From positions 10,541 to 74,540 of the forward strand of contig JAYTOU010000040.1 of NCBI GenBank assembly GCA_043747615.1: a DNA stretch of 64,000 nucleotides, read 5' to 3'. Positions 9,797 to 19,653 of this stretch are shown here, piece by piece. Origin of the DNA: Myxococcales bacterium (lineage in GTDB: Bacteria; Myxococcota_A; Polyangia; Polyangiales; Polyangiaceae). Within the stretch, counting starts at the first letter, position 1, and every line of letters starts with the position of its first letter. The position numbers and the translations under genes are program-made. The notes under the pieces are model-generated. The model ran no database searches and had not been told where the DNA came from. It was given only the letters and a program-made list of their open reading frames with translations.

Positions 9797-9957
9797 GCCT
9801 CCGCGGTTCGTTCGAGAGCGTGGCGGAAAGCGATCTGCTCGAGCCGCGACGATTGCGAGGCACCGCGCGCGCTTCAGGTCGATCGCTTCAAAGGCACGGG
9901 CACGCGAGGCGCTATCTAGCCGCGCTCGCTGGCACTCGTGCGGACAAGTCGCCGGCG

Positions 9958-11091
9958 CTAGTCGTTTGCCGCCGCGCTTTGGCCGTAGGGGGCGTCTCCG
10001 CGACGCACGAGGGGCAGCACTGCCCCGCCTTGGACGAGTCCCGAGAATCGGCCGAAGTCCGCCTCAAAAGCGCCAGGCACGAGGTGCGCGTAGCGCACCG
10101 TCATCTGGACGGTCTTATGGCCGAGGATCTTCTGGAGCTTGAAAAGATCCCCGCCCTTGGTGACCCAAAGGCTCGCAAACGTGTGCCGCAAGTCGTGGAA
10201 GTGGATGTACCCGCGCGTCTTCCCTTTGCGTTGGACCTTGGCAAATCCACCGCGCTCAAGAACGCGCGTCAGAACTTCCTGAAAGACGCGCGCCGATTCC
10301 GTGTGGGCTCGCCCCGCTTGGTTCGGGAAGACAACGGACCCCGCGTTTCGAAGGCGCCACTTCTGCAAGATGGGAAGGAGCTCGTTGAGGATCGGCACGT
10401 AGCGGACGTCGCCCGCTTTCGTGGGTCCGTTGAAGCCGCGCTGCAGCGTGATCAGCCGCCGCACGACGTCAACGTCGCCCCACGTCAGCATCGCAAGCTC
10501 GCCCGCGCGTGCGCCGGTGAGGAGGGCCGTCGCGTAGAGCGCATGCACCATCTCACCCTCGCTTTCCGCGGAGATGAGGAAGCGGCGGATCTCCGTGTCC
10601 GAACGGAGGTAACAGAAGTCACAGTCGAAGATGCGGATGCGCGGTTTTTTGATGCGCGGCACGCGCTCTAGCCAGCCCAGATCGTGGGCGCAGTTCAGCA
10701 TCGAGAGAAGAAGGGTCAGAAGGTTCGCGATGGTCTTCGGATCGAGGTGGGAGCGCGCGACCGTAAATCGGTCGGCGCGCTCGACGCCGATCTCGCGAAT
10801 GAGAAGCTCGCCAAACGACGGCCGCAGGTGGCAGCGGATGATGCTCGCGTCGTCCTTCGGATCGCGCTTGCGGGACGCGCGGTTCTCGATCCAGTAATCG
10901 CAAAGCTCGCCGAAATTCTTGTCGACGGGTGCGATGCGGATCCCCCGGCGAATTTCTTCGACGCGGACCTCGTACTGCCGAAGCGCGAAGGCGGCACTCT
11001 TGAAGTCATCGTGGACCTCGCTCTGGCGGACGCCCTGATCGTCCACGTAGCGGATGCGCCATTTGTCTCGATGCCGGATCGGTTTGCCCAC
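9958..11091 (-). CDS. Tyrosine recombinase/integrase
   Basis: TGARAGEL (R), PTKAG (K), HFHDLRHTFAS (HxxR), LGHKTVQMTVRYAH (H, Y). Likely GTG start at 11091 with GGAG upstream. Confidence 0.95.
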   Translation of the reverse strand: MGKPIRHRDKWRIRYVDDQGVRQSEVHDDFKSAAFALRQYEVRVEEIRRGIRIAPVDKNFGELCDYWIENRASRKRDPKDDASIIRCHLRPSFGELLIREIGVERADRFTVARSHLDPKTIANLLTLLLSMLNCAHDLGWLERVPRIKKPRIRIFDCDFCYLRSDTEIRRFLISAESEGEMVHALYATALLTGARAGELAMLTWGDVDVVRRLITLQRGFNGPTKAGDVRYVPILNELLPILQKWRLRNAGSVVFPNQAGRAHTESARVFQEVLTRVLERGGFAKVQRKGKTRGYIHFHDLRHTFASLWVTKGGDLFKLQKILGHKTVQMTVRYAHLVPGAFEADFGRFSGLVQGGAVLPLVRRGDAPYGQSAAAND

Positions 11092-11189
11092 GTGCTCTGC
11101 TCCATTGCCGCGAGCAAGGCTCCGAGTCTCCTGCAACTCCGGGGGCGTCAGTTGTAGGACGCCGATCAACACCTTCGAACAACGACCCG

Positions 11190-11220
11190 TGGCCCCAGAT
11201 TGGCCCCAGACGGTCCCAGA
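11190..11220. repeat. Three tandem 10-bp direct repeats, probable integrase arm-type sites
   Basis: TGGCCCCAGA (11190), TGGCCCCAGA (11201) and CGGTCCCAGA (11211), between the tRNA 3' end and int. Confidence 0.6.
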
Positions 11221-11228
11221 AACGCCAA

Positions 11229-11261
11229 CGCGGAACTGACCAAACTTCGGTCAATCCCGCG
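11229..11261 (-). terminator. Imperfect hairpin downstream of the tRNA
   Basis: cgcggaactgacc...ggtcaatcccgcg imperfect inverted repeat about 20 nt past the CCA. No clear U tract. Confidence 0.35.
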
Positions 11262-11280
11262 TCATTGCTTCCGATTGAAG

Positions 11281-11357
<77 letters not shown>

Positions 11358-11392
11358 ACAAGAGAGAAACTGCATACTGCGAAGGCCGCGCC

Positions 11393-11420
11393 AACCTACT
11401 CCCCGGGTCTCACAAGTCAA
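11393..11420 (-). promoter_or_regulatory. Sigma70-type promoter of the tRNA gene
   Basis: TTGACT-N16-TAGGTT followed by a GC-rich discriminator GGCGCGGCC. Confidence 0.55.
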
Positions 11421-11833
11421 GGGCCGTCGCCCGCACCGTGCTCGCACGTCGCTTCGCGCGAGCGCGTGAAAACGAATCCACCTCCGCCCGCGGGCGCTCT
11501 GCCGCTCACTTTGTCTGCGCGCAATTCGCCTTGCTGAAATACGAATCGATTCTTGGATCATCGCCCATCACACGCCAGCTCTGCTCCTTCGGCGCGCCGA
11601 GCCCGAGCTGCTGATCGTACGTAATTCGCACGGTCTTCCCCGCGGTGAGGCTCTTCGCCGGGAGCGCCTTCGCGAGCTGCTTGATCCCGCACGCCGGCAG
11701 CGAGTCCGAGTTAGCCGACTTGGCGAGCGACTTGGCCGCGCTCAGCGACGCGTGGCAAGCCCGGCGACGCTCGCCATCACGCCCGCATGCGAATGTTGCT
11801 ACCGCTTCCTCGACCGGGCCCTAAGCTTGGTCC

Positions 11834-12052
11834 ATGAGTGACGAGCTGGACGGAAAGACCATGGAAATGACCGCACTCCTCCCAGAGGGCGAGTTCCAGG
11901 TTCACTACACGAAGAGCTCCAGCGCTGGCAACCACGCGGGGACCGACGAAGCGCTGACCCTCGAGGACGCTCGGAAGCTCGCGATCGCACGCCAAGCCAT
12001 GGGCTACAAAACCGTCATCATCGAGACCAAGAGCGGCGCCCGCGTCCGCTAG
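11834..12052 (+). CDS. Small hypothetical protein (72 aa)
   Basis: Protein-like composition and GC-ending codons. TAAGCT lies 6 nt before the ATG. Confidence 0.6.
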   Translation: MSDELDGKTMEMTALLPEGEFQVHYTKSSSAGNHAGTDEALTLEDARKLAIARQAMGYKTVIIETKSGARVR

Positions 12053-12066
12053 TCCGGGCGTTGCTT

Positions 12067-12744
12067 CTACTTCTCGCCGAGCTCCTCGCTGGGCTTCGCT
12101 TCGCTTTCGAGCGGCGCCGAAACATACGCGTACGTCACCGACGAACCCTGCGCGCGATCGTGAATCGCATCGACTCCGTTCATCGCCGCGTCGCGTAGCT
12201 CTTCGTCGACCGCCGACTGCGGCGCGGGGAGGTTGGGCACGACCATCAGATCGCAGCTGAGGATCGTGAACTTGTCGTCCACCGTTTTCATGGTGAGGAG
12301 GATGTTCATGTCCTTGATGTTGCCGCGAACGAATTTCCCTTCGACCTGCTCCACGCCGGGCGCGATCGTCTTCAGCGCTCCGAAGCGCGCGACGTACCAG
12401 AGCGTGACCATCCCGTGCATGACCGGGATCTGGAAATACATGTCGATGTTGGCGCCGTCCTTGGCGACCATCCGTGAGGTCTTGAACTTCTCCGGTGCCA
12501 GGTCCCGGTAGTGCGGAAAATCCAACACCTGCGTGCGCACCGAGCTCAGTGGGGCACGAATGAGCGCTTCCGCGTGGCCGTAGCGCGCCGTTCGCCCCGG
12601 GGGCGTCCAGTTCCACTTGAGCGAATGCCCGGCGTTGTTCAGGCGTGAGAGCTGGGGATCCTCCCCGGAAGCCCGCGCATATGTGGGGGTAAAGCACAAC
12701 GCCGTTGCCGCTAGGAGTGGAAACATTGCACCGGTCACACGCAT
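12067..12744 (-). CDS. Exported SRPBCC/START (polyketide cyclase-like) protein
   Basis: Signal peptide (…TYARA); AEALIRAPLSSVRTQVLDFPHY matches the SRPBCC N-terminal pattern. Confidence 0.6.
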   Translation of the reverse strand: MRVTGAMFPLLAATALCFTPTYARASGEDPQLSRLNNAGHSLKWNWTPPGRTARYGHAEALIRAPLSSVRTQVLDFPHYRDLAPEKFKTSRMVAKDGANIDMYFQIPVMHGMVTLWYVARFGALKTIAPGVEQVEGKFVRGNIKDMNILLTMKTVDDKFTILSCDLMVVPNLPAPQSAVDEELRDAAMNGVDAIHDRAQGSSVTYAYVSAPLESEAKPSEELGEK

Positions 12745-12858
12745 GGGGAATGCCCTCTCGTTCTAACGTAAGCAGGAGGCGCGCCAAGCCAACCCGTGAA
12801 GGTTGGACGCGCTCGAACCCGCCTTCATTCATGACCGCGTCACCCCGCGCGGTCGAGG

Positions 12859-15744
12859 CTACATCTTGAAGCGCATGCGTCCTTCGGTGGTCCACCACTC
12901 GCGGTAGCGGAGCTGCGCCTTGTCGCGCTCTTTCCTCGGCAGATCGTCGTAGTAGCCAAAGTACTCCTTGGTGAGCGCTTTCAGCTCTTCGCCGGCGGCG
13001 TGCCGAATCGCCTGGTGCTCGTGGGTGAGGGCGTCGATCAGCCACTCCACGCGGTGCCGCGACGAGTTCTGATTCCACCACGTCATCCAGCGCCGTGCCT
13101 CGCGTCCAAAGTCCTGGCGGGCGACGATCATGAGAGCGCCGCGAGCCGCTGCGGAGACCTCGTCGTTCTCGTCCTCGAGGACGGAGATGAACGAGGGTAT
13201 GGCGAGCGGCTCCCGCATCTCTTCGAGCACGCCGAGAAGCTCGAGACGCTTCGAGCGCACCAGCCCCGTCGCTCGCACCAAGGTTCCGATCTCGCGCGCG
13301 ATCGCTTCGCCGTGATGCTTGGCGAGCGCCCGCGCGGCAACTCGCGCCACGCGTCGAATCGGCGTCGACTTGTCGCTCAAGCGCGCGACCACGTACGGCA
13401 CGGCCTCTGCGTACGTGAGCTCCGCGAGCAGCGCCGTTGCCCAGAAGCGCATGGTCTCGTCTGGATCGTCGATGCGCGACAGGACGGATTGAAGCGCGAC
13501 CCGCCGCTGCCCCGCGATGAGACGGAGGATGGGACCGCAGCTGCCCACCGGCGGAATCTCGTCGTCGCTCGAGGAGCGGGGATCGAAGACAACCGGGCCT
13601 GGGAAATGCGCCATGATCGCCGGCATCGCGCTGTTGCCCTGGCGAAGGAGCTCTGCCTCCGCGGCATCGTCGTTCGGATTGGCGATGAAGCGCTCGACCA
13701 GCACCTCGAGCTCGCGCGCCACGTCGACCATCACCGATGGAAGCTCCTGCGGCGATTTCGTACGCGACGACGGCGGGCGACGCGGCGCGGCCACGAACGA
13801 CTGGCTCGGCGGGTACTTGTCCTCCGGCTCTTCTGCCTCTTCTTCGTCGGGCTCGGCGAACTCGTCGAGGAGCGCCTTCGCTTCGTCGTCGCCGAGCTCG
13901 TCACTGGTCGTCGTCGACTCTTCCTCCTCGGCCTCCCGACGCGCATCGCGGGCGGAGTCGCGTGGCTCGGCGACGCCGCGCGGAGCCATTTTCTCGGTGA
14001 TCGGGGGGATCGACGGCAGCGCCGCATTCATCGGAATGCGATCGGGCGGGCGCGACAGAGAATCGGTCGGATCTTCGCGCGGAATCGGCCGGCCGCTCGG
14101 CCTTCGTACCTGCATGACTACGGGCGGGGGGGGTGTTCCCGAGATCGGATGCGCCGGCACCGCGAGCCCCGTCAGTGAGTGCGTCGGGACATGTTCGAGA
14201 TCGGTGACGAGCTGCGCCGGCGGGATGACGCTCGCGGCAAGCGGAGACGACAGCGGCCCCTGGGGCACGGCGGGCGCTTGGCGCTGCGACGGGTTCGACG
14301 ACGTCTTGGGAGGGCTGAGCAGCGCGCGCCCGAGCGCTTCGGCGCGATCGGAACGTGACACGGGCTGCGGTCGCTGCGATTTACGCTTGGCGAGCACGAG
14401 GTTCGCATCGACGCGGCCCACGGTCGGTGCAGCCGTGCCCGCCGCCGCGAAGCCTCCGAGCTTCTTCTTGAGAATGAGGCGCTCGAAGGCCTGCCCCGCG
14501 AGCTTCGCGAAAGCGATGACCTCTGTCACGAGCGGAAGCTCGACGGCGTTCTCTCCCGAGTCTCCGTAGAGGAGCGCGACGGCGCGACCGCGCACCACGA
14601 CGGGAACGATGATCACCTCGAGCCGCACACGCGTTCTGTCGAGATCCGCGAGGAGCACCGGATCGAGCCCCACCTTCGCAGGGATCACGATGAGCGGCGC
14701 CTTCGCATCGCGCGCCGACGCAAGGATGCCCGTCATGTCGAGGGGGACGCCGATGCCCACCACCCGCTCCCGCGTCGCCCCTGCCCCGAACGACTCGCGC
14801 CCCTCGGCGATATCGCCGTGCACGATGAAGAGCGCCGCGTACTCGAAATACTGACGCGCAAAGTCGAAGAAGAGATCCAAGAGGCCGTCGCGGTCGGCGA
14901 TCTCCTCCATCTCCATGCGAGCGGCCTCGAAGGGCAGCGGTCCGCGGCGACGACGTGCAGGTCGAACAGGCGCGGGGGCCGGGGATCCGCTTTGCCGGAG
15001 GGTGGCGCCGCCGTCGGGTAGCGCGCTGTATTTCGCGGTCGGCTCGTCGTTCGCGACGACTGGTGGAAGATTGAGCACGTCGGTGGGCGTGCCTACGGCG
15101 ATGATCTGGTCGGGCTCGATGCTCCCGCCGTTCCATCGTCCGGGGTCGGTGGTCGTCGAAGGGGCGGCGGGGAATCCTCCCGAGGTCGGCTTGCGCGATT
15201 TCAAGCTCGCGGGAGGCACGGACGGAGGTCTCGCGGTGAGGGGCGGCAGCGATCCGGCGGGCACAGTCTTGTCGCCGCGCATGCGCGCAAGGAGCCGACC
15301 AAGGCGCCGCTCGATCACCGTCCCGTACTCGCGGGCCAGGGCTTCGCGGATCCGCACGTGCGAGCCGAGGCGTTGCACCACCGGAACGCCGAGGGCGAAC
15401 ATGAGCTGCTCTTCTTCTTCGGGGCTGAGCGGCTCGGCGATAATCACCACCACTTGCTCGCCGTCGTCCGACATCTGCAGCGGGTAGACGGAGCGCTCGG
15501 TCACCAGATCGGCGGGCACGAGCGAGCGCGCCTTTGCATCCGGCGCCGGCAGAACCCCGAACGGGGCGGGCACGAGACCCACGAGCTCGGCGGCCGCAGC
15601 GAGCAAGACCCTCTCGTCGAGCTGGGCTACCTCGAGGAGGTTCGTGATGAGATCGCCGCCGTAGAGGACCTGCCGCGAGAGGGCCTCTTCGACCTGGCGG
15701 ATCGTCGCGATCTCGCGCTGGACGATGAGGGAGCTCAGGGACAT
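12859..15744 (-). CDS. GspE/PilB N-terminal (MshEN-like) domain protein with Pro-rich linkers and C-terminal HEAT repeats (FrgA-like)
   Basis: N-terminal LIVQREIAT..QVEEALSRQVLYGGDLITNLLE; central GAF-like segment; C-terminal HEAT-like repeats. No ATPase domain. Confidence 0.6.
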   Translation of the reverse strand: MSLSSLIVQREIATIRQVEEALSRQVLYGGDLITNLLEVAQLDERVLLAAAAELVGLVPAPFGVLPAPDAKARSLVPADLVTERSVYPLQMSDDGEQVVVIIAEPLSPEEEEQLMFALGVPVVQRLGSHVRIREALAREYGTVIERRLGRLLARMRGDKTVPAGSLPPLTARPPSVPPASLKSRKPTSGGFPAAPSTTTDPGRWNGGSIEPDQIIAVGTPTDVLNLPPVVANDEPTAKYSALPDGGATLRQSGSPAPAPVRPARRRRGPLPFEAARMEMEEIADRDGLLDLFFDFARQYFEYAALFIVHGDIAEGRESFGAGATRERVVGIGVPLDMTGILASARDAKAPLIVIPAKVGLDPVLLADLDRTRVRLEVIIVPVVVRGRAVALLYGDSGENAVELPLVTEVIAFAKLAGQAFERLILKKKLGGFAAAGTAAPTVGRVDANLVLAKRKSQRPQPVSRSDRAEALGRALLSPPKTSSNPSQRQAPAVPQGPLSSPLAASVIPPAQLVTDLEHVPTHSLTGLAVPAHPISGTPPPPVVMQVRRPSGRPIPREDPTDSLSRPPDRIPMNAALPSIPPITEKMAPRGVAEPRDSARDARREAEEEESTTTSDELGDDEAKALLDEFAEPDEEEAEEPEDKYPPSQSFVAAPRRPPSSRTKSPQELPSVMVDVARELEVLVERFIANPNDDAAEAELLRQGNSAMPAIMAHFPGPVVFDPRSSSDDEIPPVGSCGPILRLIAGQRRVALQSVLSRIDDPDETMRFWATALLAELTYAEAVPYVVARLSDKSTPIRRVARVAARALAKHHGEAIAREIGTLVRATGLVRSKRLELLGVLEEMREPLAIPSFISVLEDENDEVSAAARGALMIVARQDFGREARRWMTWWNQNSSRHRVEWLIDALTHEHQAIRHAAGEELKALTKEYFGYYDDLPRKERDKAQLRYREWWTTEGRMRFKM

Positions 15745-15799
15745 GGGGAGGGCGGTTCTTAGGCAGTCTCGCTTTCCGCGGCTCCCATTGTCAATCTTC

Positions 15800-16609
15800 T
15801 CACACTGACCCGAAGTACCCTTCGAGCGCGGAAATTAACCCTGAAATCGTGGGCGAGGGCGCCGTGGCCGCCACCAGGATGCCGCGCTGCCTCGCCGCAG
15901 CGGTCGTGATGGGGCCAATGCTGAAGGTCTTTGCACCCCTAAGGATGAAAGCCGCGTCCGGACCTAGGGCGTCTGCGAGGTTCTCGACCGTGCTGCCGGA
16001 GGTGAAGGTGACGGCGTCGATCCGCCCTGCGTCGAGGTCCGCCCGGAGAGCCGCCAGCGCTTCCGCCGCGGGCGCCCGCGTCTCGTAGGCTGGAACGACG
16101 TCTACCGTGAAACCCTCCGCGCGAAGGAGGAGCGGAAGGGCCTCGCGAGCGACGAGGGCCCGCGGAAGAAGGACTCGCTTTCGTCCGAGCGCATCGGCGT
16201 GAGCGATGATCTCCGCTGCCAGCCCCTCCCCTTTCGAGTCCTTGGCAACGATGTCCGAACGGAGCCCATGACGAGCAAGCGCGTCGGCAGTCCCTGCTCC
16301 CACCGCCGCAATCTTTGCCTGACCGAACGCCCCCGCGTCGCGCCCTTGCCCCGTGAGCGCGGCGACGAAACGCTCCACCGCGTTCGCGCTCGTGAAGGCC
16401 ACGAGATCGTACGCACTCGGGAATGAAGCGACGGCCCGAGCCAGCGGCACGGGATCCGGCGGCGGATGAATCTCGATCGCAGGAACGGCGATGGGCACGG
16501 CCCCGCGTTCCCGAAGAAGAGCGCTCAGCCCCTCCGACTGCGCGCGGGTGCGGGTGACGAGAACGCGCTTTCCGAAGAGCGGTCGGCGGTCGTCCTCCGC
16601 GGCGGTCAC
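15800..16609 (-). CDS. hemD: Uroporphyrinogen-III synthase
   Basis: GKRVLVTRTRAQ, FTSANAV, AVGAGT, VPAYET, FTSGSTV, SIGPIT. GTG start overlaps the upstream TGA; the 17101 start in the ORF track is an overextension. Confidence 0.9.
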   Translation of the reverse strand: MTAAEDDRRPLFGKRVLVTRTRAQSEGLSALLRERGAVPIAVPAIEIHPPPDPVPLARAVASFPSAYDLVAFTSANAVERFVAALTGQGRDAGAFGQAKIAAVGAGTADALARHGLRSDIVAKDSKGEGLAAEIIAHADALGRKRVLLPRALVAREALPLLLRAEGFTVDVVPAYETRAPAAEALAALRADLDAGRIDAVTFTSGSTVENLADALGPDAAFILRGAKTFSIGPITTAAARQRGILVAATAPSPTISGLISALEGYFGSV

Positions 16610-17547
16610 TGAGGCGCGCAGGTGGAGACGCCCGCGCCGACGATGACCCCGGGGTACGCGCCGACCTGGGTGAGCGACTGGTCGGACGGTCGGTAGCGGG
16701 TGACGACCGACGACCCTCCGGGTGCGGTGAAGAGATAGAAATCGCCGCCCCAGAAGCCGAAGGCCCAGCCGCTGCCCAGAGCGAGGCTTACGTGGTTGGT
16801 CGCGATGACACTGGCGGTCGCTTTGTCGATTTCGCCAACGAACGAATCGCCCACGTTGGCGGCCGGACTGTAGAAAGCGAAGAGACGGCCGTCGCCGGTT
16901 CCCGTGAGCTCCGCGAGCGTAATCGCCGGCGTGAAGGTGCCGATCGACGTGAGATTGAAGGAGGTCGTGTTGAGCGAGCCGAGCACCGAGTCCTGATTGG
17001 CGAGGAACAGCGTCTCCGCGGGGCCGCCCGCGTTGGTGGAGAAGCCCATTCCGAACGAGTTGAACGAATGCTGCCCGGAGGCATAGGACGTCGGGACACA
17101 CGCTCCCGTCGCCGTGCTCACGCGAAAGAGCTCACCCTGCAAGCGCTGTCGATCCTCGAACAGAACGAACGCCACGCCCTTGCGATCCACGGCCATCGAG
17201 AACGGCGTAAAGCCTGGCGGCGAAGGGCACGCCAGAACGCCAATCCGGTTGAAGACCCCGGTGGGCGGGTAGAACGAGAGAAGGTCGTTCGTGTCGGTGA
17301 CCACGTAAATCTGAGTCTGCCCGGCATCGACGCAGTCCATGCGGTTCGCGTCGCGCTTGGACGAGTCGAGCATGGGGATGTCGTCGATCGCGTCGGCGAT
17401 GGCGCCATCCGGGAGGCGACGAACGTCGGTGTCGCTATCTGGGACGAGCGCCGACTCGTCGAACGGAAGGCCCGTTCGCGAGCCACAAGCGATGAAGCCC
17501 GCTGTTCCAAGCGCGATAAGGACAAGGGCGACCCCGCGGGACTGCAT
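16606..17547 (-). CDS. Hypothetical lipoprotein, beta-rich (propeller-like)
   Basis: Lipobox FIAC, acidic linker, repeated beta motifs, C-terminal IVGAGVSTCAP. Confidence 0.75.
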   Translation of the reverse strand: MQSRGVALVLIALGTAGFIACGSRTGLPFDESALVPDSDTDVRRLPDGAIADAIDDIPMLDSSKRDANRMDCVDAGQTQIYVVTDTNDLLSFYPPTGVFNRIGVLACPSPPGFTPFSMAVDRKGVAFVLFEDRQRLQGELFRVSTATGACVPTSYASGQHSFNSFGMGFSTNAGGPAETLFLANQDSVLGSLNTTSFNLTSIGTFTPAITLAELTGTGDGRLFAFYSPAANVGDSFVGEIDKATASVIATNHVSLALGSGWAFGFWGGDFYLFTAPGGSSVVTRYRPSDQSLTQVGAYPGVIVGAGVSTCAPQ

Positions 17548-17578
17548 CGGGGCACTATACCTGTGTTATGCGATCTTG

Positions 17579-18568
17579 ATGGGTTTCCCCGTCATTCGCC
17601 CCCGCCGGCTGCGCGTGAGCCCCGCCATGCGATCCCTCGTTCGCGAGACGGCCCTCGCGCCGAGCGATTTCATCCTCCCCCTCTTCTTCAATGCGGCGAT
17701 CGACGAGGCCCGACCGATCGTCACGATGCCGGGAATCTTCCAGCTCCCTGTCCGCGCCGCTGCCGCCACGGCCAAGGAAATTGCCGCCCGTGGCATCGCG
17801 GGGGTCATGCTGTTCGGTCTCCCGAAGACGAAAGATCCGCGCGGAGAGAGCGGCTGCGATCCCGACGGCCCCGTTCCTCGCGCGGTCGCCGACATGAAGA
17901 GCGCGGCTCCCGGCCTCGTGGTTATGACCGACGTCTGCGTCGACGAGTACACCGATCACGGGCACTGCGGAGTCCTGCGCAAGCGGCGCGACGGCGAGAT
18001 GGAAGTCGACAACGACGCCACCCTCGAAATCCTCGCAAAAATGGCGGTCATGCACGCCAACGCGGGAGCAGACGTCATCGCCCCGAGCGACATGATGGAC
18101 GGGCGGGTCGGAAAAATTCGCGCGGCTCTCGACGATGCGAGCTGCGAGTCCACCGCCATCCTCAGCTACGCCGTGAAGTACGCTAGCGCCTTCTATGGTC
18201 CTTTCCGCGAGGCCGCCGATTGCGCGCCGAAGTTCGGCGATCGCGCCGGCTACCAGATGGACCCAGGCAACGCGCGCGAGGCGCTGCGCGAAGCGGCGCT
18301 CGATGAAGCCGAAGGGGCCGACATGCTCATGGTGAAGCCCGCGCTCCCTTACCTCGATGTCGTGCGCGACGTGAGGAAGGCCACGAACCTCCCGCTCGCG
18401 GCGTACAACGTGTCGGGCGAGTACGCGATGCTCCACGCCGCGGCGGCCGCGGGCATGATTGATCTCGATCGCGCCATGATCGAGGTGCTCACCTCGATTC
18501 GCCGCGCCGGCGCCGACATGATCCTCACCTACCACGCGATGCGCGCCGCCGAGCTCCTCGGTGGCTGA
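17579..18568 (+). CDS. hemB: Porphobilinogen synthase
   Basis: RPRRLR, DVCVDEYTDHGHCG, APSDMMDGRV, KYASAFYGPFREAA, MVKPAL, YNVSGEY. Confidence 0.97.
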   Translation: MGFPVIRPRRLRVSPAMRSLVRETALAPSDFILPLFFNAAIDEARPIVTMPGIFQLPVRAAAATAKEIAARGIAGVMLFGLPKTKDPRGESGCDPDGPVPRAVADMKSAAPGLVVMTDVCVDEYTDHGHCGVLRKRRDGEMEVDNDATLEILAKMAVMHANAGADVIAPSDMMDGRVGKIRAALDDASCESTAILSYAVKYASAFYGPFREAADCAPKFGDRAGYQMDPGNAREALREAALDEAEGADMLMVKPALPYLDVVRDVRKATNLPLAAYNVSGEYAMLHAAAAAGMIDLDRAMIEVLTSIRRAGADMILTYHAMRAAELLGG

Positions 18569-19115
18569 TCGCACGCTCATTCGCGCGGGAGCAGCCGTGG
18601 CGTTGGGAGCCGTGGCCCTCGCGAGCGCGTTTCTGCCGATCACCTCGGGCTGCCAGGGTCATCAGTGCGACTACAGCGAGTCCGATTTCGGTGGCGGCGA
18701 TTCGGGGCAAGGGCGCCTCATTCCGACCGATCCGAACACCTGGGAGACGACGCCGATCGAGGCGGAGTGGTTGCCCTATCCGCACGCCCACCGCACGAAG
18801 CTCTACGCCGACCAGCTCATCGGGCGCGAGATCATCGACATCCGCGTCTACATCAGCCCGGACCCGAAGCCGGCGAGCACGTTCCTTCCGGGCAATGGAA
18901 TGTTTCGGGATCCGAACACGAATTTCACTACGGCGGCAGGGAACCTCGCGGTCATCAAAACGTTCGGCACACAGATCTGGGTGGAGAACGGCACCTGCGC
19001 CGACTTTTACATGCGCGCGGTGATCACCGCCGCACCCGCCGTCCCCGTCGTCGACGCAGGAAGCGCGGACGCGCCGAGCGACGCACCCACCGACGCAGAC
19101 GAAGGGGGCAATTGA
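18561..19115 (+). CDS. Hypothetical lipoprotein
   Basis: Hydrophobic signal ending TSGC; overlaps the hemB stop; acidic DA-rich tail. Confidence 0.7.
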   Translation: MADRTLIRAGAAVALGAVALASAFLPITSGCQGHQCDYSESDFGGGDSGQGRLIPTDPNTWETTPIEAEWLPYPHAHRTKLYADQLIGREIIDIRVYISPDPKPASTFLPGNGMFRDPNTNFTTAAGNLAVIKTFGTQIWVENGTCADFYMRAVITAAPAVPVVDAGSADAPSDAPTDADEGGN

Positions 19116-19116
19116 G

Positions 19117-19650
19117 ATGACTCACCCGTGGCACGACATCGCGATTCCCGAGCCGCTCGAAGCGGGTTTTCCGTCCTTCATCGAGATCCCCAAAGGCTCG
19201 AAGGTGAAGTACGAGCTCGACAAAGAGACCGGCATGTTGAAGGTGGATCGCATCCTCTTCAGCGCCGTGCACTACCCCGCCAATTACGGCTTCATTCCCC
19301 GCACCTTCTGCGACGACGGCGATCCCCTCGACGTGCTCGTGCTCTGTCAGGAGTCGGTCGCCCCGATGTGCATCATGCGCGCGCGCGCCATCGGCATGAT
19401 GCAGATGCGCGACGAGAAGGGGCTCGACGACAAGATCATCGCGGTCCACATGGACGACCCCGCGTACGAGCAATACACGCACATCAACCAGCTCCCGCCG
19501 CACTCGCTCCTCGAGCTCAAACGGTTCTTCGAAGACTACAAGACCCTCGAGCGAAAGACGGTGACCGTCTCCGACTTCGAAGGCCCCGACGTCGCCAACA
19601 AAGTCATCCGCGACGGCCTCGCCTGCTACCTCGCGCTCCCGAAAAAATAA
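19117..19650 (+). CDS. ppa: Inorganic pyrophosphatase (family I)
   Basis: [42 protein letters not shown]. Confidence 0.97.
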   Translation: MTHPWHDIAIPEPLEAGFPSFIEIPKGSKVKYELDKETGMLKVDRILFSAVHYPANYGFIPRTFCDDGDPLDVLVLCQESVAPMCIMRARAIGMMQMRDEKGLDDKIIAVHMDDPAYEQYTHINQLPPHSLLELKRFFEDYKTLERKTVTVSDFEGPDVANKVIRDGLACYLALPKK

Positions 19651-19653
19651 CGG

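Larger units (their letters stand above)
1..11280. mobile_element. Integrative, phage-satellite-like element inserted at the tRNA-fMet 3' end; left boundary lies outside the window
   Basis: Tyrosine integrase directly downstream of the tRNA 3' end, followed by co-oriented xis-like, primase and DUF3987 genes, plus R-M cargo. No duplicate of the tRNA 3' end found in 1-11280. Confidence 0.8.

Noticed and set aside
1..11280. Second att site (duplicate of the tRNA 3' end)
   Set aside because: No copy of TGGTTGCGCGGGTAGG or similar found by eye; probably outside the window.
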